Source of the DNA: an uncultured Bacteroidales bacterium
GTDB taxonomy: Bacteria; Bacteroidota; Bacteroidia; Bacteroidales; FEN-979
Assembly (NCBI GenBank): GCA_903837605.1
Contig: CAILVF010000041.1
Span: forward strand, 11,524-75,523
Reading direction: 5' to 3'
Length of the DNA: 64,000 nucleotides
How positions within the stretch are numbered: position 1 is the first letter of the stretch; each line of letters opens with the position of its first letter. A program made the translations under genes and the position numbers. A model generated the notes under the pieces. It was not told the DNA's origin. It did no database searches and saw only the letters and a list, made by a program, of their open reading frames with translations. This document shows, in pieces, positions 43,378-54,158 of this stretch.

Positions 43378-44661
43378 TCAACCCGGCAATTTTTTTATTA
43401 TCAGCTTGTCGATGCGGTTCCCGTCAAGATCAACCACTTCGAGCTCATACCCCATATAAACAAGCTTCTCCCCGGGTGCAGGGATGTGTTTCATCGCGTT
43501 TGTGACAAGGCCGGCCACGGTGTTGAATTTTACCTTTTTGTCGAGGCCCTCAAGCCCGAATTTATAGGCAAACTCGGTGTACGGCATCTGTCCGTCGACC
43601 AGCCAGCTCCCGTCTTCCCTCCGGTGGATCTGGGGTTTATCTGAACCGCCCCTGTTGATATCCCCTACAATGGCTTCGAGGATGTCGTTAAGTACGACCA
43701 TGCCGACAATGGATCCGTATTCGTCGACCACCAATCCGTAATGAACATTTTTTTCCCTGAACAATTCAAGCGTTTCATAGGTCGTAAGAGACTCCAGGAT
43801 CAGCTGCGCAGGCTTAATGTAATTCTCAAGTACCAGTTCGTCATTGAGATTAAATCCCAGTAACAGTTTTTTAAGAGAGACCACCCCGACCAGGTTATTC
43901 AGGTTATTGCGGCAAACGGGGTATACCGAATGGAGCCCCGGCTGGATCTTTTTCCACAGGTCAGCGCTGCTTTCATTGATATCAAGCCATGTCACTTCCG
44001 AATAATGGGTCATCAGTGAAGCGATCTTCTGGTCCCCGAGATGGAAAACCCTGTCGACGATATGCTGCTCCATTTTCTGAACATCACCTCCCATTGCTCC
44101 TTCAAGCACCAGGGCACGGATCTCTTCTTCAGTTACTTTATTGTCGGCGGATGGCTTTACCCTGAGAAGCCTGAGGATGATGTCGCTGAGCCTGGTCAGC
44201 AGCCAGGTGACCGGGATGAGGATCTTTGAAAGGATCACGGCCGGAGGGACCATCACTTTGGAAACGCTTTCGGGATTCATCAGGCCGATGCGTTTGGGGA
44301 CAAGCTCACCGATAAGCATTGCGACCAGGGTAACGATGATCACGACAATGGCCAGCGCCAGGGTACTTGCAGTTGGCCCTGACATCCCTGCGGAGATAAG
44401 GAGCGAAGCCATTCCTTCCGAAATCTTTGCCCCGCTGAAAACCCCGGTAAGGATACCGATGAGAGTTACCGCGATCTGAACTGTGGATAGCACGCCTGCC
44501 GGCTTGCTTAACTGGTCAAGCGCAGCTTTTGCGCCCTTATTCCCCGACCTGGCATCTATCTCGAGCTTGCTCCTCCTGGAGGAGACCAGCGCAATCTCTG
44601 TCATTACAAAAAGTCCGTTGACCAGGAACAGGGCAAACAGGATAATAATTTCTGTGATCAT
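43378..44661 (-). CDS. CNNM/hemolysin-family transporter (DUF21, CBS pair, CorC_HlyC)
   Basis: 427-aa ORF. N-terminal DUF21 helices (FVMTEIALVSSRRSKLE), a CBS pair, and C-terminal CorC-type GEKLVYMGYELEVVDLDGNRIDKLIIKK. Confidence 0.9.
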   Translation of the reverse strand: MITEIIILFALFLVNGLFVMTEIALVSSRRSKLEIDARSGNKGAKAALDQLSKPAGVLSTVQIAVTLIGILTGVFSGAKISEGMASLLISAGMSGPTASTLALAIVVIIVTLVAMLIGELVPKRIGLMNPESVSKVMVPPAVILSKILIPVTWLLTRLSDIILRLLRVKPSADNKVTEEEIRALVLEGAMGGDVQKMEQHIVDRVFHLGDQKIASLMTHYSEVTWLDINESSADLWKKIQPGLHSVYPVCRNNLNNLVGVVSLKKLLLGFNLNDELVLENYIKPAQLILESLTTYETLELFREKNVHYGLVVDEYGSIVGMVVLNDILEAIVGDINRGGSDKPQIHRREDGSWLVDGQMPYTEFAYKFGLEGLDKKVKFNTVAGLVTNAMKHIPAPGEKLVYMGYELEVVDLDGNRIDKLIIKKLPG

Positions 44662-47075
44662 ATACCGATATTTTGAGATGGGTTAATTATAATGTCCCGC
44701 CTTGGAACAGGAATTTTAATATTATTTTCTTTCATTATTTTAAAGACTGAGAACTGTACTTCGCTCCTGATGCTGCGACCCTGGCTGTAGTCGGAAACCC
44801 AGAAAAGCATTTCAAAATCCATGGCAAATTGCCCCACCCCCAGAAAGTAGACTAACGGTTCGGGTTGCTGCAATATCATTGGGTGTTTTCGCAGGATTTC
44901 CATTACAAGACCCTGGACGAATTGGGGATCCGAATCATATGCTACGCCTAAGGGTACTTCCATCCTGCGTTTCTTGTCAGAAAGGGTCCAGTTTATCACC
45001 TCTTTGGAGATCAGCTGCCCGTTGGGAACGATCACTTCGGCCCCGTCGAATGTGTGAATGTTGCTTGCACGAAGATCAATGGATTTTACATTGCCTATAA
45101 GCGGGCCAACCTGTACCGTATCACCAATCTGTATCGGCCTCTCAAAAAGCAGGATCAGTCCCGAGACTACATTGCTGAAAATGGATTGCAATCCGAACCC
45201 TATTCCAACACTGAATGCCCCAAGGATGATCGTCGCTTTGTCCATCGGGATACCTGTTGCATAGAATGCCAGGAAAAAACCGAAAACAATCATCACATAT
45301 TTCAAGCCCATGGAAATGGTGTGGGGCAATCCTTTTGATAAGGACAAGCGGTTGAGTACATCCTTTTCCAGAAGCACCTGAAGGAACCTGGCCAAAAAAA
45401 ACGAAATAAAAATGACTGCAAAAAAGAGCAAAACTCCATCAAGGGAAAAACTGGCATCCCCGATGGTAAATTTGTAGGTGAATACCGAAACGATCAGGTT
45501 ATAAGCAATACTCCGTATATGAAAAGAATTCAGGAAAATTGCAAACCAGTATATTATCGTCAGAGTGTTCAGGATCAGGAAAGATCTGTGCTTTAACATC
45601 TCACCGTAAAGCCTGATGGAATTAACTTTGCGGCCCCGGCGTGAATCAATTACTGATGCAACGACGCCATTTACCATGATGGCCGCAACAATCAGGAGCA
45701 CGATGCTGAGGATATTGACAAACACGGCATTGATGGTTATCGAAGTCAGGATCATCCTGCCGGTCAGGTTGGCGATCAGCCCGGTTAATGCAAGCGAAAT
45801 ATGAAGAACAAGGAAAATATTGACAAGGTATTTCTGGTAAGTTTTGATTTTGATCTTCCTGAAATTTATAAACAGCACCAGCAGCATTATGAACTCGGAA
45901 ACTGCTATCAGAAAATACATCATGCGGGAGAGCAATGCATCGGAAGAGGCCAGGATTAGAAAAATGAAAAGAACAAGGATGATGATAAAAGAATACAGGT
46001 AAACGTGGTATTTCCTGTCGAGGATCTTTTTAAGCAGGCTGATTATAGGATAAGCATACAGGTAGGCTACAAGTTCACGGAAAACCATAGGACGGGCCGA
46101 AAAAATAAATTCGACTGAAATAAGGCTCAATATCGTAGCAGCCATCAGGGGTTGCGAAAGAAGGACCATCAGCTTCTCTTTGTAAAACCTTCCAAAGCCT
46201 TCCAGGTTAATGCTGGTCCTTTTTTTAAGAAGGTAAAAAAACCATAACAGGACTGAAAAGAGCATTAAAAGAATAATGACTGATCCCTTTTGGGTTCCCA
46301 GGTAAGAGAGCAGTTCCTTTATCCTCAGATTTTTAAAGTTTTTAAATGCATCGGCAACAGCCGAAATGTAATTCCTCCTGAAATCAAGTCTGAAGAGGGG
46401 AGGATGGTCGACTTTGAATGAATTCAATTCTTTACGGCTGATAAGGGATATCGTTCTCTGAAGAGCAAAGTCGATCTTGATCCCCAGGGTAATGTTCTTT
46501 TCCATGATACCAATAATGGTATTGGTCTTCCTGCCGAGCATGTTGAGTGAAGAATCGATGAAAACGATAGTGGTTGTGAGGTTTGCAGGAACCGGCATGT
46601 TCGGGAAATCCTTTTGCATCTGGTCCCTGGTATTTTTCCATTTGGCCGCTTCCTGGTTCATCCAGGTGGTTATCTCATCGAGGGTCTTTATGATCTGGCT
46701 AAGCTGCTTTTCTTCTTCTGCATTTTCACGCTGCTCCTGCTCCAGAAGTACTTTCCTGTTTACAATTAGGATGATTTTGACTTCGGGGTCATTCTGGTCG
46801 AGCGGCTTTAAAATGTTGGTATCTATCCTTGAGCTGATGATTTCATTTTTTGCCCTGAGCATCCTGATTGTCCCCGGGGGAGGCAGATTACGGAATGCCT
46901 GTCTCGTTTTGTGCATGAGTTCCACTGACTTGACAGGAATATCGCTGACTTTAATGGTTTCCGGCTGTTGTTTCTTTTGTTCGGACTGCTTTTCGGGTAC
47001 TCCCTGAGCAAAAGAAGGAGGTTGAACCACAATTCCACAAAAGCAAATAAACAGGAACAGAATAATTTGTTTCAT
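44658..47075 (-). CDS. Large MscS-family mechanosensitive channel (MscK/KefA-like)
   Basis: 805-aa ORF. Signal sequence plus periplasmic coiled region, about 10 TM helices, and the MscS core GFGLQSIFSNVVSGLILLFERPIQIGDTVQVGPLIGNV. The stop overlaps the CNNM start (ATGA). Confidence 0.85.
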   Translation of the reverse strand: MKQIILFLFICFCGIVVQPPSFAQGVPEKQSEQKKQQPETIKVSDIPVKSVELMHKTRQAFRNLPPPGTIRMLRAKNEIISSRIDTNILKPLDQNDPEVKIILIVNRKVLLEQEQRENAEEEKQLSQIIKTLDEITTWMNQEAAKWKNTRDQMQKDFPNMPVPANLTTTIVFIDSSLNMLGRKTNTIIGIMEKNITLGIKIDFALQRTISLISRKELNSFKVDHPPLFRLDFRRNYISAVADAFKNFKNLRIKELLSYLGTQKGSVIILLMLFSVLLWFFYLLKKRTSINLEGFGRFYKEKLMVLLSQPLMAATILSLISVEFIFSARPMVFRELVAYLYAYPIISLLKKILDRKYHVYLYSFIIILVLFIFLILASSDALLSRMMYFLIAVSEFIMLLVLFINFRKIKIKTYQKYLVNIFLVLHISLALTGLIANLTGRMILTSITINAVFVNILSIVLLIVAAIMVNGVVASVIDSRRGRKVNSIRLYGEMLKHRSFLILNTLTIIYWFAIFLNSFHIRSIAYNLIVSVFTYKFTIGDASFSLDGVLLFFAVIFISFFLARFLQVLLEKDVLNRLSLSKGLPHTISMGLKYVMIVFGFFLAFYATGIPMDKATIILGAFSVGIGFGLQSIFSNVVSGLILLFERPIQIGDTVQVGPLIGNVKSIDLRASNIHTFDGAEVIVPNGQLISKEVINWTLSDKKRRMEVPLGVAYDSDPQFVQGLVMEILRKHPMILQQPEPLVYFLGVGQFAMDFEMLFWVSDYSQGRSIRSEVQFSVFKIMKENNIKIPVPRRDIIINPSQNIGI

Positions 47076-47125
47076 ACAATGGAATTTAGTTTATAGCCAA
47101 CCCCGACCCTGGTCAGGCAATCAAG

Positions 47126-49672
47126 TTATAATTTCAGCAATTTCAGGCTGCCCGAAAATCTTTTTCCACTTGCAGCAATGATGTATAATCCGGAAGGTAT
47201 ATCCAGTGAATTATTATCCAGCCTGAACGGGACATTCTGCCTGCCCCGCGGTAGGTTCCCGTCAAAAACTTTTTTTACAACCTTGCCATTCAACGCATAC
47301 AGGCTGATTGAGACTTTGTCATCCGCAGGCAGGTAAAAAGAAAGAGTTGTCGTGCTTTGGACCGGGTTTGGGGAGGCCGACAATGCAATCTTCCCGACGG
47401 CATTTAATGTTGGGATGCCTGTGAGGATATCGTCGAGATTGGCCCTGTAGGCCGACAATCCATAAGTTCCGGCAACAAGGGTGCGTGTTGGCGCATGTAT
47501 CTTCAGAGTGTATACGGGAACTGCAGGCATCCCGTCCCATATCCATGACCAGGTTTGTCCGCCGTCGGATGTCCCATATAACCCGGCGTCGGTTGCAACG
47601 ATGATCCTTCCGGGGATATCAGGATCTACAACGATATCATCCACGGGAAACTCAGGGAGGTTGCCTGAAATATCCGACCAGTGCTGGCCCAGGTCGACTG
47701 ATTTAAAGACATGGGGGAGGGGTTCATCCCAACGGAATCCCGACAGTGTAACATATAAAGTCTGGGCATCAAAGGGATCGGCTTTGACATGGGTAATCCA
47801 CCTCTGTGGGAGGCCGGTCGAGATATCCTGCCAGGTCTGCCCGTCGTTGGTGGAGATATGTACCATCCCGTCGCCGCTGCCAGTTATTACGATTGAAGGA
47901 TTGACAGTTGAAATATCAATTGTTGTAAGGGTATAGAAATAATTAGTGCCACCCTGGGTGAGATCTTCGCTGACGGCTTGCCAGGAATGGCCCTTATCAG
48001 TAGTTTTCCATACACGGTATGTCCCAAAATAAAGGATGGATGGGTCCTGGGAGTGCATGGCCAGGGGAGCCGACCAGTTCACCCGGTCGCCCGCCATAGG
48101 GCCGGAAATATATTGCATGCTGTTCCCTCCATTTATTGACCGGTAGAGATTCCCGTTCTGGTATTCGGCGTAGAGTATATCTGAATTGGTATAATCCACG
48201 AGACAATACATGCCATCGCCTCCGAGTATTGGCTGCCAGTCGCTGGTACCGCCTGTAAGAGTACGAATGGAATTGTTGTCCTGGGTGCCTCCGTATATCC
48301 TTTGAGGAAGCTGGTAATCGATATCAATGGCGTAGAACTGGGTCAACGGGAGGTTGTTAATCTTGGTCCATCCGTTTCCATAATTTGATGTGAAGTATAA
48401 TCCCCCGTCATTACCTTCGAGAATACGATTGTTGTTTAAAAAACACATGGCATGATTATCCACATGAATATTGTTATTGGTGATATCGGTCCAGGAGCTC
48501 CCCCCGTTGTCAGTGCGGTAAAGATCCACTCCCATCACATATACCCGGTCGGGGTTATCGGGATGTATCCTGATCTGGCCGAAGTACCATCCGAAGTTAC
48601 TGCTCATTCCCTGAAGGGCGGCGTCGTTGGTCCTGGTCCAGGATGATCCGCCATCAGATGACTTGTATACGCCCACTTCTTCATTATCCATATCATAACA
48701 GGCGTAAAGAATATCAGGATTGGATTTTGATATATCTATGCCTATCCTTCCTACATTGCTCCCCTTTGGGAGGCCATTGGTAAGTTCACTCCATGTTGTG
48801 CCCCCGTCGGTACTCTGCCAGATCCCCGATGACTGGCCGAAAGAACGGCGGTATACAAGACCGCGGCAACGTTCCCACATGGCAGCATAGATGATCTGGG
48901 GATTTGCAGGATTCTGAACCAGGTCGATGGCTGAAGTGGAATCGGTAAGATAAAGGACTTTATCCCAGGTTTGCCCGCAATCGTTGCTTCGGAAAACTCC
49001 GCGTTCATCATTAGTGGTAAAGAGATTGCCGCAGGCTGCGGCAAAGATCCGGTTCGAATTCGAATAATCCACAAGTACCCTTCCGATATAAGCCGAATGG
49101 GTAAGCCCCATATGCTGCCATGTGGTTCCGGCATCGGTAGATCTGTATATGCCGTCGCCCAGGAAGCTGAAGCTGGAAGAATTGGCTTCACCGGTTCCGC
49201 ACCAGATTGTATCGGGATGGCTTGGATCAATGGCGATATCGCCAACCGAGATCACAGGGACATCACTGAACAGGTTGGTCCAGGTATTTCCTGAATCGGT
49301 GGTCTTCAGTATCCCTCCGGTGGAAGCGCCTGTATAAATAATTTCAGGATGCCCGGCCGGGGATTCCACATCGGTTATCCTGCCGCCAATGTTGTCGGGG
49401 CCGGCGAATGTCCATGGATTGGATCGTTTTACCTGCGCCCTCATCATTTTCCTTGTTTGCTCCAGTGCATCAAGGTATGCTACAGGATTGATCTTCCCAT
49501 ATGGGAATGCCCTTTGCATGGCCATCCAGTCACTGGGATCCGGTCCGGGTTTTACCCGTTTCGATCCTGACTGATCGTCATGGTTGATTACCTGGTAAAT
49601 CAGAATTCCTGCCATGACCAGGACAAGGGCTCCTATTCCCTGGAACAGGATGAAAAATCTTTTCTTTTTCAT
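47126..49672 (-). CDS. BNR/Asp-box double beta-propeller protein (sortilin/GH74-like) with T9SS C-terminal sorting domain
   Basis: 848-aa ORF. About 12 Asp-boxes (TTDSGNTW, STDAGTTW, STDGGTTW, SSDGGSSW, TDNGGSSW, TTDKGHSW, TSDGGQTW...). C-terminal SASPNPVQSTTTLSFYL...GLYIIAASGKRFSGSLKLLKL. Confidence 0.8.
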   Translation of the reverse strand: MKKKRFFILFQGIGALVLVMAGILIYQVINHDDQSGSKRVKPGPDPSDWMAMQRAFPYGKINPVAYLDALEQTRKMMRAQVKRSNPWTFAGPDNIGGRITDVESPAGHPEIIYTGASTGGILKTTDSGNTWTNLFSDVPVISVGDIAIDPSHPDTIWCGTGEANSSSFSFLGDGIYRSTDAGTTWQHMGLTHSAYIGRVLVDYSNSNRIFAAACGNLFTTNDERGVFRSNDCGQTWDKVLYLTDSTSAIDLVQNPANPQIIYAAMWERCRGLVYRRSFGQSSGIWQSTDGGTTWSELTNGLPKGSNVGRIGIDISKSNPDILYACYDMDNEEVGVYKSSDGGSSWTRTNDAALQGMSSNFGWYFGQIRIHPDNPDRVYVMGVDLYRTDNGGSSWTDITNNNIHVDNHAMCFLNNNRILEGNDGGLYFTSNYGNGWTKINNLPLTQFYAIDIDYQLPQRIYGGTQDNNSIRTLTGGTSDWQPILGGDGMYCLVDYTNSDILYAEYQNGNLYRSINGGNSMQYISGPMAGDRVNWSAPLAMHSQDPSILYFGTYRVWKTTDKGHSWQAVSEDLTQGGTNYFYTLTTIDISTVNPSIVITGSGDGMVHISTNDGQTWQDISTGLPQRWITHVKADPFDAQTLYVTLSGFRWDEPLPHVFKSVDLGQHWSDISGNLPEFPVDDIVVDPDIPGRIIVATDAGLYGTSDGGQTWSWIWDGMPAVPVYTLKIHAPTRTLVAGTYGLSAYRANLDDILTGIPTLNAVGKIALSASPNPVQSTTTLSFYLPADDKVSISLYALNGKVVKKVFDGNLPRGRQNVPFRLDNNSLDIPSGLYIIAASGKRFSGSLKLLKL

Positions 49673-49801
49673 ACTCAGCTTTACATGTGATGTTTTTTGC
49701 CCGGTTTGAAATGCAACTCAACATCCGCAGTTAAAAGGCTAAGTTACAAAAAAAAATACCCGCCATGGCTTTTGGGCTAAGGAGGTTTATTGATATTGAC
49801 T

Positions 49802-49809
49802 TATCTTTG
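49802..49809 (+). promoter_or_regulatory. -7 promoter box TATCTTTG
   Basis: Matches TAnnTTTG, 36 nt upstream of the ATG at 49846. Confidence 0.45.
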
Positions 49810-49845
49810 AAATCATAACAAGCACAAACCTGGGAGATCATTAAC

Positions 49846-50706
49846 ATGAAGAATAAAATAAAAAAAGTCAAGGGGTCTGCAGTAACTTTCCTGCTGACCG
49901 CAATTTTAGTTGTTGCTGGTAATTATGCCTTTTCCCAGAATGACGCAGAAGGCAGTAAAGACCCATCCCTGTTTACAAGGATGCCAGGCTATCACATTTA
50001 CAGGTATGATGATTTACAATTCGATCAGTTCGAATTCAAAGTCAGCGACAGTAAAACCCGGATTGTACAGGGGCATTCCCTTTTTATTATCTATGACCCC
50101 AATGATAATATTCAGGCACCAAGCCCCCTGCAGATTGGCCATAATTATATAAACGCCGCTAAATCAGTAGGTGGACAGCTTGTATATGAATTTCATGATC
50201 CGGGAGAAGATGTGGTGGTGAAGGTCGTTAAAAACAATATGGAAACCTGGGCTTATATAACTGCAAACGGAAACGGCTCCTACTCTATTCATCTTATCGA
50301 AAAGGAAGAAATGAAACAGGATGTCGTTGCTGATGCCAGTACAATGGATAAGAGCATTAAAGAAACAGGCAAAGCAACCCTTTACGGAATTTATTTTGAT
50401 ACTGGCAAGGCGGATGTGAAACCCGAATCCCAGCCGGCCTTGAAGGAAATCGCAAAATTACTTCAAACCGAAGCGGGTCTCAAACTCTATGTTGTTGGAC
50501 ATACTGATAATAAAGGAATTTTTGAAGCAAATCAGAAATTGTCGCTGGACCGTGCGGTTGCCATTGTAAATACCCTGGTAAACAAGTATAGTATAGCGGT
50601 ATCGCGACTGAAAGCCTGCGGTGACGGGCCAACCGCACCTGTTGCCAGCAATGATTCGGAAGAAGGTCGTTCGCTTAACCGGCGTGTTGAGTTGGTTAAG
50701 CAATAA
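49846..50706 (+). CDS. OmpA-family (peptidoglycan-associated) protein
   Basis: 286-aa ORF with a signal peptide. C-terminal OmpA_C block IYFDTGKADVKPESQPALKEIAKLL...YVVGHTDNKG...NQKLSLDRAVAIVNTL...NRRVELV. Confidence 0.85.
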   Translation: MKNKIKKVKGSAVTFLLTAILVVAGNYAFSQNDAEGSKDPSLFTRMPGYHIYRYDDLQFDQFEFKVSDSKTRIVQGHSLFIIYDPNDNIQAPSPLQIGHNYINAAKSVGGQLVYEFHDPGEDVVVKVVKNNMETWAYITANGNGSYSIHLIEKEEMKQDVVADASTMDKSIKETGKATLYGIYFDTGKADVKPESQPALKEIAKLLQTEAGLKLYVVGHTDNKGIFEANQKLSLDRAVAIVNTLVNKYSIAVSRLKACGDGPTAPVASNDSEEGRSLNRRVELVKQ

Positions 50707-50821
50707 TTAAACCGTCAGAAATAACTTATAAGAAGATTCAGAAAAACAGGTTGTTTCGCTGTGTTTGGGGTTTCATGATATTCCAGAAGAATAGCGTTAC
50801 TTTGTAAAAAAATCGGGTGAT

Positions 50822-51439
50822 ATGAAACATCATCGGTTTTGCTTCATATTATTACTATTTCTATCCTCAGTGCTTTCATGTTCCGTGCTTGCCCAATCAT
50901 GGGATTTTATCAAAGAAAAGGAAGGTATAAAAATATACACCCGTAAGGAAGCCGGGAAATCACTGAAGTCGTATAAAGGGGTTGCCGACATTAATGCACC
51001 GGCGGAAAAAGTTTTTGCCCTGATCGAGGATGTTAACAATACAGACTGGTGGGATAAGAACTTTAACCAGATCAGGGTGCTGCTTTATGAGAAGAATAAA
51101 CGAGCGCAGTATTACCTGGTTTATAATTTACCCTGGCCGGTCATTGATCGCGACTTGTGCGTGGATGTTACAGTTACAATTGACCAGGTTACCGGGGTGA
51201 GGCGGATAACGGCTGTTCCCCTCAGCGGGGTCTACCCTGAAAGCCAGGATATGATCAGGATCAAAGAGTACAGGCAAACCTGGACTGTCGAACCTGCAGG
51301 AAAAGAAAGATCCCATGTGGTACTTGAAGGGTATATTGACCCGGCCGGAAGCATACCTGACTGGATCTCCAATATGCTGATCGTTGATTCACCGGTAAAT
51401 GCCATCAGCGGGATCAGGGAGAGAATGGAAAAAAAATAG
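50822..51439 (+). CDS. Secreted START/SRPBCC lipid-binding-fold protein
   Basis: 205-aa ORF with a signal peptide. START-like layout (WDFIKEKEGIKIYTRK...SYKGVADINAPAEKVFALIEDV...DWWDK...PWPVIDRDLC). Confidence 0.7.
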   Translation: MKHHRFCFILLLFLSSVLSCSVLAQSWDFIKEKEGIKIYTRKEAGKSLKSYKGVADINAPAEKVFALIEDVNNTDWWDKNFNQIRVLLYEKNKRAQYYLVYNLPWPVIDRDLCVDVTVTIDQVTGVRRITAVPLSGVYPESQDMIRIKEYRQTWTVEPAGKERSHVVLEGYIDPAGSIPDWISNMLIVDSPVNAISGIRERMEKK

Positions 51440-51574
51440 ATCGGGCTGCATTGTTTTTATGTCTGTACAGCGTTATCCCTGTTCAGTTTCAGGTAAAACA
51501 TCAGTAAAAGGTACATTTACATGATTAATATGCTCATTTACGCATTTGTGCTTGCAATCGCCTGATTGCCGGGG

Positions 51575-51582
51575 TATCTTTG
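51575..51582 (+). promoter_or_regulatory. -7 promoter box TATCTTTG
   Basis: Matches TAnnTTTG, 16 nt upstream of the ATG at 51599. Confidence 0.5.
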
Positions 51583-51598
51583 TACAAATATTACCTCA

Positions 51599-54106
51599 AT
51601 GTTAAAAAATTACAGAGCACTCTGGATCTTTTTGGTCGCTACCATCATCATAACTTCATGTAAAAAAAATGAGTCCGACCCCGGAACATCGGCGGCGGAT
51701 ATGAAGAATTTGAATATTTCTCCGGCGTTCAGCTGGGAAACATCCCGTGATGTGACCTTTCAGATCTCCTCTGATCATGCGACGCTGATCAATATCACTT
51801 CAGCAACCGGTGATATACAGTATTACCGTGGCTTCTACAACGGGGTTGACAATAGTTTCCCTGTAAAACTTACCATCCCCGCTTATATCGGGCAGGTAAT
51901 GGTGAACGGTATCTCTGTGGCAATCACAGGGGCTGTGGTTCAGGTTAATTTAACGAATGCATTAAAGAATGCTGCGGATAGCCGCCTGAAAGATATTCCT
52001 GCCCAGGGTTTGATCGCTGCCTGGCATTTTGATGAAAATACCGGAACAACGGCCGGCGATGCAATAGGTGGTCATAATGGCGTCATCAGCGGAGCCACAT
52101 GGGTAAATGGTATCAGGGGAAGTGCGCTTCAGTTCGATGGAACCAGCAACCAGGTTCAGATACCCAAAGCCGGGTTTAACCCGACAGGAAACAGTATCAG
52201 TTTCTCATTCTGGTTCAAGCTGAATGCAATAGGTGATAATGGCAGCTTCATTTATCAGAATGTAAAGTATAATATAAGTATGGACGCCCAGGGGCGTGTA
52301 GGATTTGCAATATATACGCCGGTTTGGGCATCGGTTAATGCGGGATTTACCAACCGGGTCCTGGATACCGACTGGCATCATGCTGTTATGACATATGATG
52401 GTTCCACAATGAAAATATTTTTGGATGGCTTGTACAGGACTTCTATAGCCAATACCGGGAATCTGCAAATTTCAGCCTCGGATGTTTACATTGGGAGGCA
52501 GGGAACCATTACTCCTTTTAAAGGTATCATTGATGAGATGTTGATGTATGACCGGGCTCTGACAGATGCGGAAGTGATTCAAATATATGGTTCAACCCCT
52601 GATCCCGGGACCGGGAGCGACAACCTGGTTTCATATTATAAACTTGATGAAAATGCCGGAACTGTGGCTAACGACAGTAAAGGAACAAATACAGGAACCA
52701 TTACAGGAGCAACCTGGGGGCAGGGTATTTCGGAAAGTTGTCTTGTGTTCGACGGAACAACAGGGGCCGTAAAGGTTCCCAGCAAATTAAACCTGAACCC
52801 TGTTTACGGAATTACGATGATGGCCTGGGCTAAGACCAATAAAAACCTGACTACTAAAATTTTTCAAAAAGGAGATTTTGATGGTCATGGTCTCGGACAG
52901 GGAAACTGGGATGGCTGGGGAGGTCAGATCAGGCTTGTCGGTAACATCACACACGTATTGAGCTGGGGGGGCGGACTTCCAGTTTTAAACCAGTGGTATC
53001 ATATTGCTATGACTTATGACGGGCAGATGATGAAATTATATGTAAATGGCCAGCTCAGGAACAGTCTTGCTGTAACAGGTTTATTGTATGTGAACAGCAG
53101 GGATTTATCGATTGGTTCGGATGATGGCGCCCAGAAATTTTTCAACGGATCCATCGATGAATGTAAGTTTTTCAACAGGGCCCTGGATCAGACAGAGATA
53201 CAGGCAAATTTCTCGCAAACCGGGAATGTGCCTGACCAGGATGGAGACGGTGTTGCCGATGCCGATGATGCTTATCCCAAAGATCCGGCCAGGGCATTCA
53301 ATAATTACTTCCCAGTAACAGGGTTTGGAACCCTCGCTTTCGAAGATCTGTGGCCGAATACCGGCGATTATGATTTCAACGACCTGGTACTTGACTATCG
53401 CTTTATAACGGTGACAAATGCAAATAACAAGGTGACGGAAGTAGTATCAACATTTGTTATCAGGGCTATCGGGGCCGGCTATCAGAACGGGTTTGGTTTC
53501 CAGTTGCCGGGAACCGGCATTGCCGCAGCAGACCTGGAAGTTGCAGGGGCTAAACTAAGGGAAAGTTTTATACAACTGAACCCCAACGGGACAGAAGCAG
53601 GCCAGGAAAAGATCACTGTGATCGTATTCGACAATGTTAATAAGATCATGCCATCGCCTGGAGGTTTTGGCGTCAATACCGTGCCGGGAGCCACCTATGT
53701 GAAACCCGACACCACCATCATAACACTTAGCTTCAAACCCAATACCTATTCCATTACGGATGTCGGGATAGGCAATTTCAATCCTTTCCTGTTTGTCAAT
53801 CTTGACAGGGGAAAAGAAATCCATTTACCCAACTATCTGCCGACAAGCCTGGTCAACCAGGCGTATTTCAAGACTGGAGAGGATAATTCCGACCCGGCAT
53901 CAGGCACTTATTATAAGACAAAAACAAATCTGCCATGGGCGATCAATATCTCCTCGGGACTTGATTACACTGTTGAGTCGGCGCAAATTTCAAGTGCATA
54001 TCTGAAGTTTGCAGGCTGGGCTCAGTCGGCAGGCGTTCAGTATCCTGACTGGAACCTTAAGAACAGCGGTTACAGGAATGAGGCAAATATATACCAGGTG
54101 CCTTAA
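51599..54106 (+). CDS. Lipoprotein with two LamG/concanavalin-like domains, a Ca-binding TSP3-like motif and a C-terminal LruC domain
   Basis: The start is set at MLKNYRALWIFLVATIIITSCKK (lipobox). Two LamG_3-type repeats (WHFDENTGTTAGD...WHHAVMTYDGSTMKIFLDG...IDEMLMYDRAL, and YYKLDENAGTVAND...WYHIAMTYDGQMMKLYVNG...IDECKFFNRAL). DQDGDGVADADDAYPKDP followed by LAFEDLWPNTGDYDFNDLVLDYRF (LruC hallmark). Confidence 0.8.
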   Translation: MLKNYRALWIFLVATIIITSCKKNESDPGTSAADMKNLNISPAFSWETSRDVTFQISSDHATLINITSATGDIQYYRGFYNGVDNSFPVKLTIPAYIGQVMVNGISVAITGAVVQVNLTNALKNAADSRLKDIPAQGLIAAWHFDENTGTTAGDAIGGHNGVISGATWVNGIRGSALQFDGTSNQVQIPKAGFNPTGNSISFSFWFKLNAIGDNGSFIYQNVKYNISMDAQGRVGFAIYTPVWASVNAGFTNRVLDTDWHHAVMTYDGSTMKIFLDGLYRTSIANTGNLQISASDVYIGRQGTITPFKGIIDEMLMYDRALTDAEVIQIYGSTPDPGTGSDNLVSYYKLDENAGTVANDSKGTNTGTITGATWGQGISESCLVFDGTTGAVKVPSKLNLNPVYGITMMAWAKTNKNLTTKIFQKGDFDGHGLGQGNWDGWGGQIRLVGNITHVLSWGGGLPVLNQWYHIAMTYDGQMMKLYVNGQLRNSLAVTGLLYVNSRDLSIGSDDGAQKFFNGSIDECKFFNRALDQTEIQANFSQTGNVPDQDGDGVADADDAYPKDPARAFNNYFPVTGFGTLAFEDLWPNTGDYDFNDLVLDYRFITVTNANNKVTEVVSTFVIRAIGAGYQNGFGFQLPGTGIAAADLEVAGAKLRESFIQLNPNGTEAGQEKITVIVFDNVNKIMPSPGGFGVNTVPGATYVKPDTTIITLSFKPNTYSITDVGIGNFNPFLFVNLDRGKEIHLPNYLPTSLVNQAYFKTGEDNSDPASGTYYKTKTNLPWAINISSGLDYTVESAQISSAYLKFAGWAQSAGVQYPDWNLKNSGYRNEANIYQVP

Positions 54107-54158
54107 CAGGCAGTATTGATTTCAACATCAGTACAGATTTGGTATTACCGTATAGCTC

